Assembly (NCBI RefSeq): GCF_009914755.1
Contig: NC_060941.1
Strand: one strand, 5' to 3'
DNA from: the human T2T-CHM13v2.0 reference genome, Homo sapiens
DNA: 64,000 nucleotides
Part shown: one piece after another, positions 63,621 through 64,000 of the stretch
Numbering within the stretch: the stretch's first letter is position 1
Layout of the letters: each line of letters begins with the position of its first letter
Position numbers and translations under genes: made by a program
The notes under the pieces: generated by a model
The model's database searches: none
The model's input: the letters and a program-made list of their open reading frames with translations, nothing else
What the model was told of the DNA's origin: nothing

Positions 63621-64000
63621 CTCCATCGCACACGCTCTCTGGGCCCCGCCCCACTCACGACCCGCCCGCGCCACGCCCCTGAGCGCGCCAGAGCTGGAGT
63701 TCGGCGGCCGCGGCTCGCCTTTTCCTGAGTAGAGGGTCACGAGGGGACTACAAGCCCCAGCCGTCCGCCCCCGCAGTCGCCAGTTCCCCGTCTGCCCTCG
63801 CCGGGGCTCCGCGGCCTGGTTCTCCAGAGCCACAGACGCGCCCGCGTCACCAGGGTCGCCCGTGTGGGAACGTGCTCGGCAGGCCGCGGGTTTGAGAGGC
63901 GTCCCGGCGTGACGAATGCAACCAGCGTAGCCCCCAAATGAGTCGGCGGCCGCCGCAGGTTGTCGTACAGCCGCGGCGCTCCCTGGGGCAGTCACCCAAA

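Overview
Human (primate) genomic DNA, very Alu-dense. By recognition of its pseudogene content it is most likely chr17q24.1, between the LRRC37A3 promoter and the AMZ2P1 promoter; this placement is from recall, not alignment. No intact protein-coding gene is present. The window is a segmental-duplication mosaic of at least five donor loci. (1) A truncated BPTF exon 1/CpG-island promoter on the - strand, fused to half an Alu. (2) Three BPTF PHD-PHD-bromodomain exons on the + strand, with a HERV-K LTR5 solo LTR in an intron. (3) Two consecutive PLEKHM1 exons lying on opposite strands. (4) An ~11 kb AT-rich block carrying an EYS (chr6) EGF exon. (5) A copy of the SLC16A6/ARSG-promoter/AMZ2 block, in which AMZ2P1 has lost its HExxH zinc-binding segment. 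The main hypothesis worth testing is a + strand chain of splice-intact, phase-compatible exons (BPTF bromodomain, inverted PLEKHM1, SLC16A6) that forms a ~211-codon chimeric ORF just downstream of the LTR5. A second recurring signal is short perfect fold-back hairpins or templated inversions at rearrangement junctions. Repeat subfamily calls and many repeat boundaries are approximate, made by eye.
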